From: Camelus dromedarius
Lineage: Eukaryota
DNA: 64,000 nt
Assembly: GCF_036321535.1 (NCBI RefSeq)
Contig: NC_087436.1
Span: 34,970,001 to 35,034,000, forward strand
Direction of reading: 5' to 3'
Shown here: piece by piece, positions 39,871 to 50,686 of the stretch
Numbering within the stretch: the stretch's first letter is position 1
How the letters are laid out: every line of letters starts with the position of its first letter
Notes under the pieces: model-generated
Databases searched by the model: none
The model's input: the letters and a program-made list of their open reading frames with translations, nothing else
Told to the model about the DNA's origin: nothing
Position numbers and translations under genes: made by a program

Positions 39871-42207
39871 CTATGGTCTCAGGGAAAATACTTCAGTCAT
39901 TCAGCTGGAGTCTGAGGAAGCAGTCCTGGAGAAGACGGGTTTTTAGAGGATGTCATAGAAAGAAGAAAAGAGAAAATCCTGCATTTTCTGCTTTACCAAC
40001 TTTCAAATATGAGTCAAAATGTAATGAATTTTGTATTCTCTAAATTTTAACAATTATCTGAAATTCATTCACCCATTGATTTTCAATTTGCTTTAAAAGC
40101 TTGTGTCGAAACATGGAAACATAAAAGCGACAAAGAGATTAAATGGTGACACATTCATTTTCTGAACAGAGTTGCAACTCTTATCTAAGCATATGCCTGG
40201 AAACAATGTAAATTATTGTGAGCAACATGGAAGTTAATTTTAAGCACCCCTCTAGCAATGGACCTCTTATTCAAGAGTGTGTAAACTACAGTGTATCTTC
40301 TTCCCATGCTCGCTAAACTGTGCTGATTGGGACAATCTGTGAGTTTGTCAAACTGGATTTAAGCAGCAGATGCGCTTTGTCTCCCACTCGAATTCCCTTC
40401 TTCCGATACTCAGCCTTAGATACTTCATCCCCTTGACATTCTGTAATTTTAGAAACTGGGCACACATACAAGATTTCTGCTAGCATTAGGGCTTTTCTAG
40501 CAGATTTTTTTTTCTTTTGATTACACAGTGGGAGGACTTTCATAGACGTTCAGCTCCTAACTCATTTAACTCTAGTTCCTTCTGAAACCTCACTGCCAGT
40601 TCAGCCATGCATCAGTCTATTAACTTAGCCACTTCAGTTTTCTAACAAAGAGCACACTTCCATGATTCTCTTCATCTTACTAGCACCTTAGAATTTTCTC
40701 TTACTACCCAGGCAAATGTTTATGTAAAATACAGAGTAAGAATTCTAATCTTGGTTAAGTTACTAATTAGTTGGGTACTCTTACTTAAACTCTTTAAAAT
40801 AAGTATGCCTTAATTCCTATCACTAAATAATAAGGTGGCTACAATGAAGGTTAAGAATCCAGTATTAAAAATCCATAATTCTCATATTAGGAACTAACAG
40901 TTATATTCTAAAAGATTACATCTGGCCCTTTTAAATTTTGTACTTCCATATTAGGTACTTAAGAAAGATTCAAAACACATAGAAAATGAGATACATTGAT
41001 GGATTGATAGAAGGAGGCATAGTTGGACAGATACTTGACAAAGAGAGGATGGCAAAATATTAGTAGCAGATGGTAAACACAGGTATTCACTGTAAAATTA
41101 TTTGAATTTTTCTCTATGTTGAAAATTTTTTGCAATAAATTGTTTAAAACGGTATTGCTAGCATGTATATGACATATACATGTATGTAATTAAACTTTCT
41201 AAAGACTACAGCTACTCATATTTGGAATTCTTTAAAAAACTTGCACATACATACTCTCTAAAACATGTCTTCCCTGATTTTGTCCAGCGTGGCAGGCTAC
41301 AATTTTTATTCCGCAGGCTTTGCTCTGAATTTCCAAAGGATCTGGAGCACTCCACGGTGATTTCAGAACATGTCAAATTCACTGCAGCTGCAAAACAGCT
41401 GGTGCAGACAGCTCACAGTGGCACTCTGAAATGTGACCTGAATTGATTAAAAGCTTGTGACCTGACTATAAACTTTGTTTTAGTGTTTTATGATGTCAGG
41501 AATAGCATGGGAAATAATATAACATTATCATATTATCTAGTAATTCCTAGCATAAAAAAAATTTTTTTTCAACACCCCATTTGAAAGTGATTAATTTTAT
41601 AATATGATGTCTCCCTCTTGATTTATTTTTACGGCATGTGCATATTATTTAAGTTAAAGTGAACTAAATCAAATATTATTTTATTAATTGCGGCATTTAA
41701 TTCTTTGAGTGAGACGGCAGCAAGACAGGCATTCTCTGCCCTCGTACATAGAATGTGGTACGACTTTATCACATAGACATTCTGGAACAGTCTTGTCTTC
41801 CTCCTTGAAAACAACACTTTAGATGCAGTGGAAATAATAGCATGTCACTTTTTCCAAAGCCTCCCAACAGGAATGGCAGTGGCATTTGCTGAAGAGCCTG
41901 AACAGTGCCCGTGGTAATAGCCATAAGGAGGGCTGTTCTGCCCGGCAGAGGTGGAAGTGGCAAGCAGGGTTAGTGGGGGTGCCCGGCACAAGAGAAAGCA
42001 GAGTCTGGAAGACACCCTGTAACCCAGCAGAGAGTGGCCACATCTGGAGGGCAGAAAAACATGCCTGTGCTATGAATCAGATGAAAAGACTTGTATTTCA
42101 GTGAAACATCCCTGGGGACATGCTTGAAATACATAGAGGTTGTAAGAATGGAATTTCTAGCAATATTAGACGTGGCAAAGAACCAGTGATACACAGTATA
42201 TGCACGT

Positions 42208-42208
<1 letters not shown>

Positions 42209-42241
<33 letters not shown>
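42209..42241. repeat. (CA)n microsatellite
   Basis: About 16 CA units. Confidence 0.95.
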
Positions 42242-42245
<4 letters not shown>

Positions 42246-42949
42246 CTGTCTGTATTTCTAATATTTACAACTGATTCCTTTATACTTGGGAACTGATAAA
42301 ATACACAGGTCACTTGTGGATAGGTCCTTGACTAAAGCCAAAGCCTCTCCTTTCCTCACTTCAATTCTGTGTCTCTCCCGCCTACTGTGTCTGTCTCTGT
42401 TTGCCCTATACCTCACTTGTCCTTGGCAGTCTATATGAGACTTCCTTACTTCGTAGTTGCTATCTCTTGCAGTTAATTCACTGTCTTCAGATATCCTCAA
42501 AGTTCAGGTGGACGGGTATTATGCACATATCTTTCTTGCTCTTGCTATTTGATTTTCATTTGTTACTACCCAGACGTGTGCCCTGTAAGAACTGTGGAAG
42601 ATATGATGTCCTTGAACATCATATTGTTCTGCTGCCAAAAGCTTCTCATCTTATTAATGTCTTCTATTCAGTGGGAAAGGGTTATGAGTTGTCTTTGGCA
42701 TTAATAGGTAAAAACAACTCATCTGTTGCTGATCGTTGTCTGAGAGAAGAACAGCTACTGTTTTTGACACTGTTATTCACACAGTGAAAGTGGAAAGCCT
42801 GGTCTTATTGCTTTGGGGATTCTCCAGTTGATTGACCCCAGGCTTCTCACTAGAATTCATCAGAATGTCTGCCTTCTGAAGTTAATAGTGAGAACTCAGG
42901 AGGAGGTGGGTGGATATTAATGTTCAATAATCAGTTTGTAATGATCAAA

Positions 42950-43730
42950 ACAGAGATTGATCACTCCTTAAAACAGTCCTCTCCTGTTTCCCATCTCAGA
43001 ATGTGGCAACTCCGTTCTTGTCATTGCTCAGGTCAAGATCCTTGGAGTTATCCTTGATTCTTCACTTTATTTTGCAATCCATATTTAATCCATAAGCAAA
43101 TCTGGATGGCTCTACTTCAAAAACATATTCAGTATCTGACCAATTTTAACCATCTTCATACTACCATCCCTATTCAAGACAATTATTGGAATGGCCTCCT
43201 TCAGTCTGTCCCCAACAGAGTGGCTAAAGGGATCATGTTAAAACTATGGTCAGCTGCTGTTCCTCCTCTACACCAAATCATGTAATGACCTTGCATCTCA
43301 CACAGAAGTCAAAACCCTTACAACAGCTAGAGCCGATGGATCAGCTGCCTCCTCCATTTACCTCTCCAAACTCATCTCCTATCGCTTTCCCTCTCCCTCA
43401 GTCTGTCGGGCTACACTAGCCTTCCCTCTCCCTCTAGTATGCTAATATATTCCTGCCTTGGAGCTTCTGTCATCACTGTTCCTTCTGCCAGCAACCTTGT
43501 TGTCCCAGGCAGCTGTGTAGGTCACCCTCTCATTTCATCAGTCAGCCCTTAACTCAGATGTGACCTTCCCAGCGAGGCCTCCTAGTCACCGTATGTAAAA
43601 CTGCATCCACAAGTACACACTCATGCTCTACTTTTATTCCTTAGAATTTATCCTCATCTCCCACACAGTGTTTTACTCATATGTATTGCTTACTTTATGC
43701 TTCATCCAGGAGAATATAAGTTATAGAGTA
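42950..43730 (+). mobile_element. L2a-like LINE 3' region
   Basis: 'ttcccatctcagaatgtggcaactcc...gctcaggtcaagatccttggagttatccttgattc' and 'ctcagatgtgaccttcccagcgaggcct'. Confidence 0.85.
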
Positions 43731-43806
43731 AGGGATGGAACCAGCATTGATTAGGTTATGACTAGTGACTAGATATTTATATGCATTATTTTATTTGAAA
43801 TTCAGG

Positions 43807-43900
43807 GCAATTTTTTACTATAGGTATTAATATCTGTAATATCTGTATTAATATCTGCAATTTTTTAGTATAGGTATTAATACCTGTATTAATATCTGTA
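43807..43900. repeat. Nested tandem duplication inside a MIR
   Basis: Two copies starting gcaatttttta(c/g)tataggtattaata at 43807 and 43857, with internal repeats of (t)aatatctgt. Confidence 0.85.
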
Positions 43901-44107
43901 TGAGATTCAGAAATTAAGTTTACATAGCTACAAGGGACAGGTAGATGGCTTGAACTCTATTCTATCTCTGGAGTGAATAATCTTTTAAATACATACTTCT
44001 GAATTCAATAGTGTCTGGAAAATAAGACCCAGGAAACCACCAACCAACCTGGGAATGCTTAAAATGCCTTCAAGCTATCTTGGCAAATATCCAGATGAAC
44101 AATTCTT

Positions 44108-44187
44108 TTTTTCTGATTTTAAATGTTTATTTTTTCCCAGTTGTATTGAGATATAATTGACATATAGCACTGCATAAGTTTAAAGTA
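44108..44187 (-). mobile_element. Extremely 5'-truncated L1 3' tip with 10-bp TSD
   Basis: 'ttgtattgagatataattgacatatagcactgcataagtttaaagt' is an antisense L1 3' terminus. Flanked by aacaattctt at 44098-44107 and 44188-44197. Confidence 0.85.
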
Positions 44188-44899
44188 AACAATTCTTATG
44201 ACAAAGAATTTATTAATTTAGGAGTCAGAATATATTGTTTAAGCCAAAACTACTAACAAGTTCTCCCATATATTGAGTCCAATTCCATCTCCACCAGACC
44301 TCTTCCATGATTTGAGCTCACACACAACAGTGTCTCTTCCAACTTACTGCTCTTCAGCTATTCGAAGAGAGCTGTTTTCCATGAGTTTTATCTTCTTTAA
44401 GTTAAATACCTACAAACAATTTAAGATTGTTCCCTAGCAAATGAACTATCAAACACTTATGGTTTTGACCAGATAGAAATTTAGAACACTGAGAAAATTT
44501 TGACATTTAATATTAATGCCATTCTATTGGTAAAAGAACTGAGACCCAGATCAGCTAAATAACTTTTAAATAAAAATTAGGCTATATATTTTTTAGGAAT
44601 AAGAACACTACACTAAAGATATGTATACACTTATATGTGCACATATTAAGAGTGGTTTTGACCTCAATGAAACTCTTGAGAGGAACACACTTTAAAGTAG
44701 TTTTAAGGGGGCAGCCATCCTACTCCTGATTGATAAACTAAGCATAGTATTTATTGCTTATTTATTTCAATATCCTAAATGGAAAAATGTCTTACACATA
44801 GTGAAGATCAATGAATACTTGCTGAATACGTGCTTTTCTTATTAATCATAACAGACATTTAAAACAAATCATTATAATTTAGGATTTGCTTCTCCCACT

Positions 44900-45355
44900 C
44901 TATCAGTTTTTTAGGGCTTTCCGAAGACATTTTCAAAACTCGAATGGCTTAAAAAAACAGAAACGTATTCTCTCGTAGTTTTGGAGGGGAGAAGTCAGAA
45001 ATTAAGGTGTTGGCAAAGCCATGCTCCCTCCTAAGCCTGGAGAGGAGGGTCCTTCCTTGACTCTTCCTGACTCTGGTGGCCCCAGACGTCCCTTGGCTTG
45101 TGGCTATTGGCTGCTGACTGAAATTTCTGACCCTGTTCAGAGAACACATGGTGCTCTCCTCTCCTATGTCTGTCTCTGTGTTTCTTGTAAGAACACCAGT
45201 TGTGTCGAATTAAGGGCTCACCCTCCTCCAGTATGACTTCATCTTCATTAGTTACATCTGCAAGGAAACTATTTCCAAATAAAGTCATATTCTGAGGTAC
45301 TAGGGGTTAGGGCTTCACTATATATTTTCAGAAGGACAGAATTCAACCCATAATA
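44900..45355 (-). mobile_element. MaLR solo LTR, MLT1C-like
   Basis: 'ggcttaaaaaaacagaaacgtattctctcgtagttttggagg...ttacatctgcaaggaaactatttccaaataaagtcatattctgaggtactaggggttagggcttc...aattcaacccataata'. Candidate 5-bp TSD cactc/ccctc. Confidence 0.9.
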
Positions 45356-46341
45356 CCCTCTAAATTAAAAGCCTTCTAATAATGGAAGGAAGTCTCTAAT
45401 ATCTCCATATATATATTTCTAAGCTGGGTACACTTCTTCTGTGTTTTGAGTGTTCCTCAGTTTAACAACTAAGTGTACGTACAAGTTAATTTCTTACACC
45501 CTTTTCGGTTGTTCATCAGCCACAACAGGCCCATGGAAAAAGACTGGCGGAACCTCATGGAAGCATCATGCTTCTTTCATTCAGTCAAAAGTTAAACTGG
45601 GAAATGATTTAGGCTTTAGTATATGTGAGGAAGTAGCCTTTATCTATTTATCTGAACCGTTCATAGATTTCATCATTCCACCCAACTGGTAATAAGAGAA
45701 ATTCAAACTCCATGGAGGGCTGAGGTCCACTGCACCTTTGGTAGGTAGGCTTTGGGGAGCCTGCACTCCCTGAAACTGTATGAAGTGTGTTTGCATTCTG
45801 AGTATAAGTGCATTTCTGTGGGACAGCATTCCTAGTTTCCCTCAGAATTCAGTGGTCCATCACTCTAGCAAACAGGAGAGCCACTGACCTAGAATTAGAT
45901 GGTCCAGGCAAAATAATAAATCTTGACAAGGGTGTCTCTCCATGACTTAGCCTTCAGCTGTCTATGTTTAACTCTTTCTGTTAGAGGGGTCCACATTCTT
46001 TAAAACTTTTCATTTCAGTGCACAACGAGAGCCTATTGTTTATTCCACTCTAAACTTTGTAACTTTTCAACTACTTTTCCTGTTTCACATCATGTCTGGC
46101 CCATTACTCATTTCCTCATAGCCGTAAGTTCTGCTTTGCAAATAACAGTCAGGTTTTTGATAATAAAATATATAACGGCATTTAATGATTGATGCCGAGC
46201 CAGTGTTATGTTTCATTCATCAAATATTTGGTTGGGCTTGTTACGTTCTATCTAGAAACTGTATCAGGAAATTGAAAGATAAAAAATTAAAAAAAAAAAA
46301 AAAAGACTGGCCCTCTCATCTCATAAAGCCCATCATTTATC

Positions 46342-46510
46342 CAGCATTTTAAAATGTACTTTAATGTACATACAAATCACCTGGGGATCATGGTTAAAAT
46401 GCAGATTCCACAGCAGGTGGACAGGGGGAATTCTCAGATTCCAGACTTCTAGTAAGTTATCTGATGATGCTTATGATGTTGGTCTGCAGACGATATTTCA
46501 CAGAGCAAGC
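46342..46510. mobile_element. MER5B-like hAT MITE
   Basis: 'aaatcacctggggatcatggttaaaatgcagattc...tgatgcttatgatgttggtctgcagac'. Confidence 0.8.
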
Positions 46511-46679
46511 GTTTAGTGCAGAGGTGGAAGGGAGGTAAGTCCTACTACCCCGATCACTCATCTTATGTAATAAATTAACCTCACTTCAGTACCTCTAAAA
46601 TATTAGTTATGTACCTTCCTTGACAGAATTGAGAAAACAGTCTTTAAATCAATCTGTCTTCAGTGTTCAAGTAGAAACT

Positions 46680-47167
46680 AGTATCAATTAGGACTGAATT
46701 CAGATTTAAGCAACGAAAGGTTCGTTCAATGACTTAGATAAATAGGGGTTATTTATCTCAGACAGCCAGCAGTCAGGGGGTAGTAAGCTAGTGCTCTAGG
46801 GAACTTTCTCTTTTTTCTGTTCAGTTGTTCTCAGCATATGCAGGTAGGTCCTCAAGGACACTGTCTGGGTGAGGCTGTGAGGTGCTTGCTTCTTGGGCAG
46901 GCTCACATCTGCTTTCCAGGCAGAAGCAGGAAGAAGTGGGAAGACAAAAGCCAAAGGACAGTGACCTTTTTCAAATATCCCTTTTTAAAAGCCCAGTGAC
47001 TTCAACTTAATCTTTTTGTGTAGAACTGGTCACGTGGTCACCCCTAAGAGGAAGTGAGTGTAGGACCATGGGCATTGGAACTCCAGCTTTGCAGTTTCTA
47101 CAATACCGAAACACAAGAAAGGGGTTGAAAATGGCTTTAGAGCAGTCGATCCACAGTGTTTGACACA
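46680..47167 (-). mobile_element. MaLR solo LTR, MLT1J-like
   Basis: 'gtatcaattaggactgaattcag', 'ctcacatctgctttccaggcagaagcaggaagaag', 'agaactggtcacgtggtcacccct', ending 'cagtgtttgacaca'. Confidence 0.75.
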
Positions 47168-47679
47168 CTCATGGAACTGAAATGTCATAAGCTAAAACAA
47201 GGTTTATCCATGCTAAACTTTAAAACAATAAGGTAGAGCCAAAATTCTTTTTTACTGTCTAAGCTTTCTAGAACTTCAACTTTACTACTTCTGACACTGC
47301 CTGTTCAGGTTATACAGAGGTTTGGTTATGCCTGAACCATCCACCCAAGGTAAGTAGAAGTGGATTTCCCCCCTTGCTTTTCCTAAGCTATTTCTTCAGT
47401 TTTACTAATTCCTTTGTAAACAGAAATAATACCTTGTCTGCATACAGAATTTACTTTTTATATCCATAAGGTACCAAGCTTTTACGTAAGAATAGGAAGT
47501 TATGAACAATCTTAATATACTAAGTTAGTTATCGATAAGCAAACCATTTGGAATAGATTATTAAAATACAGCTTTTCTTTTCCAGTTTAAAATCAAGTTC
47601 TGGTATTTATACTTACTTATCTGTCTGACTTAAAGAAAAACCTCTATAAATAGATGCAATGAAAGGTAGAGAATTAATA

Positions 47680-47860
47680 TTGATATATTATCTACCATGT
47701 CCTGTGCACTTTATTCATAACCCTCTCCACAACCAGTTAAGATCATTGCATTTTCCATTTTCCTAATGAGAAAACTGATATTCAGAGAAGTTAAGTAACT
47801 GTTGAAGACCACCAGCTACAAAACATCAAGAGCTAGATTTGAAGCCAATTGTGTTTAAAA
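47680..47860 (-). mobile_element. MIR SINE
   Basis: 'ccattttcctaatgagaaaactgatattcagagaagttaagtaact...agagctagatttgaagcca'. Confidence 0.8.
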
Positions 47861-50182
47861 CTTTCTAATTCCCCTCTCTTTTAGAGGCGATGTATGGAAC
47901 TTACTATCTTGCTCTGTTTATTAATCACCTCAGCGAGATTCACAATGTGTATGTAAAAATGGTAAGGATTCATTATTTGTATCCATCCACTCTTTTATTT
48001 AGGCTTGAATTTAACAATTAAAAATACATTGTGCGACTCACTTATTGAAAATGAAGAAATGTCTATGTTTTATTTTAACACTGTGATATGAGTAATAAAA
48101 ATTAAAGGGAGAAGAAGGAAAAGAGCAGAGATATTAGGTGAGTGTAGAGAGATGTGGGTGACATGTAAAGAAAAAAATTCAAATGATAAATTAATTACCA
48201 ACTCTATGATATATAATAAATAAAATGCCATTTTACTTAAAAAGTAACCAGGATCATAGAAGTTAGTAAAAATGAGCCATCAGCAGTCCATGCAATTTAG
48301 ATAGTAAATGAAATGAAATACATTCACATTAAAATAAAAATTTATGGCTTCAGGATCATATATGGAGAAAATCTGAATAATTATTCTGATTATGTAGAAT
48401 ATTTAAATTTTTGAAATGAAAAATTTTAAAATTTAAAACATTTAAAAATGAAAAATTACAATATGATGTTATGATCTCACATTAACAGGGTACCAGACAG
48501 GGCTGGACAGCTGGAATTTATCTCTACAATATAAATTGATTTGATAAGAAAAATGTTCTTAAAAAAAAACGAGTAATTTCTTTCTTTTACAAGTGGGGAG
48601 AGAGATAAGAAAACAATTCAAACAGTGTAATAAGTACATGGGGCACTAGGGGAGCAAACAGGAAAATAAAGTGATTTAAATCACTGTCAAAAAGCCTAAA
48701 AAATTAGTAACTCATTTTTCAAAAGTCCATTCCAAATGAATAAAATATAAAGTTTGAGTTTACAAGTAGGTAAAGCCCAGTCTTCCTGAAAACTTTCCAC
48801 TTGGAAATGAATCACGTTGGAAGAATACAGGCACTGAGGCTCTCTCTAAATGAGTTAAAAGATGTGCGTTAAAAAACAGGAGGTGGGTGTTGGAGTTAAG
48901 AGAAAGGGTAAACATTTAATAATTTCAAAGCTTTTCAAGTTTAGAAAAGACAACATAGGCAGTGACATAGAAACTGCATATTACATGTAGAAAAACAGTT
49001 CAGTGTTGGGCAGGAAGTTGGCGTGCAGAGCCAGGGCGAGGAGCGTCCTGACTGCCTCTGGGAGTTGGCAGGAAGCTCCCCGGCTTCGGATAGGAATTAG
49101 AAGTATTTGATAGCTCGGAGGAAAACATAGCACAGAGGGGGAAACAGTGTAAACACAAAGGTCAAGAAATCAAGGCAGGGCACTGGACTCCCTGGTGGAT
49201 GCGGGCAGGAACAGAGGCTGCAATGCAATAACCAACAGGCTACAAAGCGCCTCCAGCACCGAAATAGGGACCTTGGCAGGATGCATAGATCATACCATCA
49301 TGTCCTCATTTTTCTCCTCTGCTGGGAATGGATTTTATGACTGAACGTCAGACATAAGACATTGTAGGAAGAAAAAATATGAGCACAGAATTTTAGAAAA
49401 AGAAAAAAGATTGCCTTGAGCCTGGCTCACCCAACAGCCTTTTTCTGCAGATCAGGTTTTGAGGTTTAATGATGCTTATTCTGTTTTGGGGGGACTGGAA
49501 CCTAAGATATGAATTTTGATATCAATATCTAAAGAACTAGATTGAAGTTTTTGAAATATGTATGTATTTTTATTCAAAACTGATTATCAAAGTTGGATGC
49601 ACAGTGAAGTTATTGAAGCTGAAACGCCAGGGTGTCTCACTTGAATTGGCAATTACACAGCCCTGCACCCAATTTGGCATTTGTAATTTTTATTCCTTTT
49701 CAAATTACATAAATAACATCATTTATAAAGAAACTGTTATAAAGAAGGCAGATGACTATTCGGCTCACTTCTTTGTTATTTACAGATTTTTTTTTAAGTG
49801 GAACACTACCGGCTAGCTACTAGAGGCCAACTTTCTACATTCAACTTGAAAGGAGTATGACATTTCAAGTAAATTTATAGAGGACAAAAAGGATGTTTTA
49901 AGGCATTTCATAAAGAAAACTGACCAACCAATTCTGGAATTCTGCACACTGAAATCCACCAGGAATATTTACTTTAGTTGCTCAGATACGTGAGGAAAAC
50001 TGTAATTGATAAATGTCAGCCTCTGATGTTTTAGCACTATGTTACCTGGATAGATTTAACTTAGTGATAAGCAAATACAATACGAAATAGATGTTTCTAT
50101 TAATCAGGCTTAAAATCTTTACTTTAAACATTATGTTACCTTTTGTTTTTATCTAACTCATTTTTATATTTTATATGATTAG

Positions 50183-50686
50183 ATAGTCAGATATGAGCTT
50201 TGAGCTGCAGATAATAGGACACCCAAGTAAAAGTGGTATAAATTATAAGGGCATTTATGATCTCACACTAACAGGGTACCAGACAGGGCTGGACAGCTCA
50301 GAGGCGGAGATCTGGCTCACTGATGCCATCATCATTTTTTCATCTGAATTCCGTGCCTTCTTCAATATGTCGGCACAGTCACAGTTCACTATTTCAATAC
50401 AGCTGTGATAGTTCCAGAAGGCACAGGCATACACGACCTCTCCAGTGAAGGAGAAAGAGGTTATCCCTTCTATGGGTCTCTGTTTTTGTTACTAAGGAAA
50501 ACTTTTCCCAAAGCCTCCCCCAGTTTAGGTCCTAGTTGGTCAGCGTTGGTCATGCCATAGCTGCACTCTTTCCCAGTAGATTGTGCCTGGCATTTTCAGC
50601 CTCCAAACTTGGAAGTGGGCTCTGCTAGGAAAGATGAAGTGGAGTCAGGAGAATGGATGTAGAATGAACCACCAAGGTCTGCTACA
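50183..50686 (-). mobile_element. MaLR solo LTR, MLT1J-like
   Basis: 'atagtcagatatgagctttgagctgcagataataggacacccaagtaaaagtggtataaattataagggcatttatgatctcaca', 'aaggaaaacttttcccaaagcctcccc', 'ctggcattttcagcctc', ending 'gtctgctaca'. Confidence 0.7.

Noticed and set aside
40313..40543. Possible minus-strand terminal coding exon (ECQGDEVSKAEYRKKGIRVG...)
   Set aside because: The acceptor has a poor polypyrimidine tract, the peptide is unrecognised and there is no supporting upstream exon.
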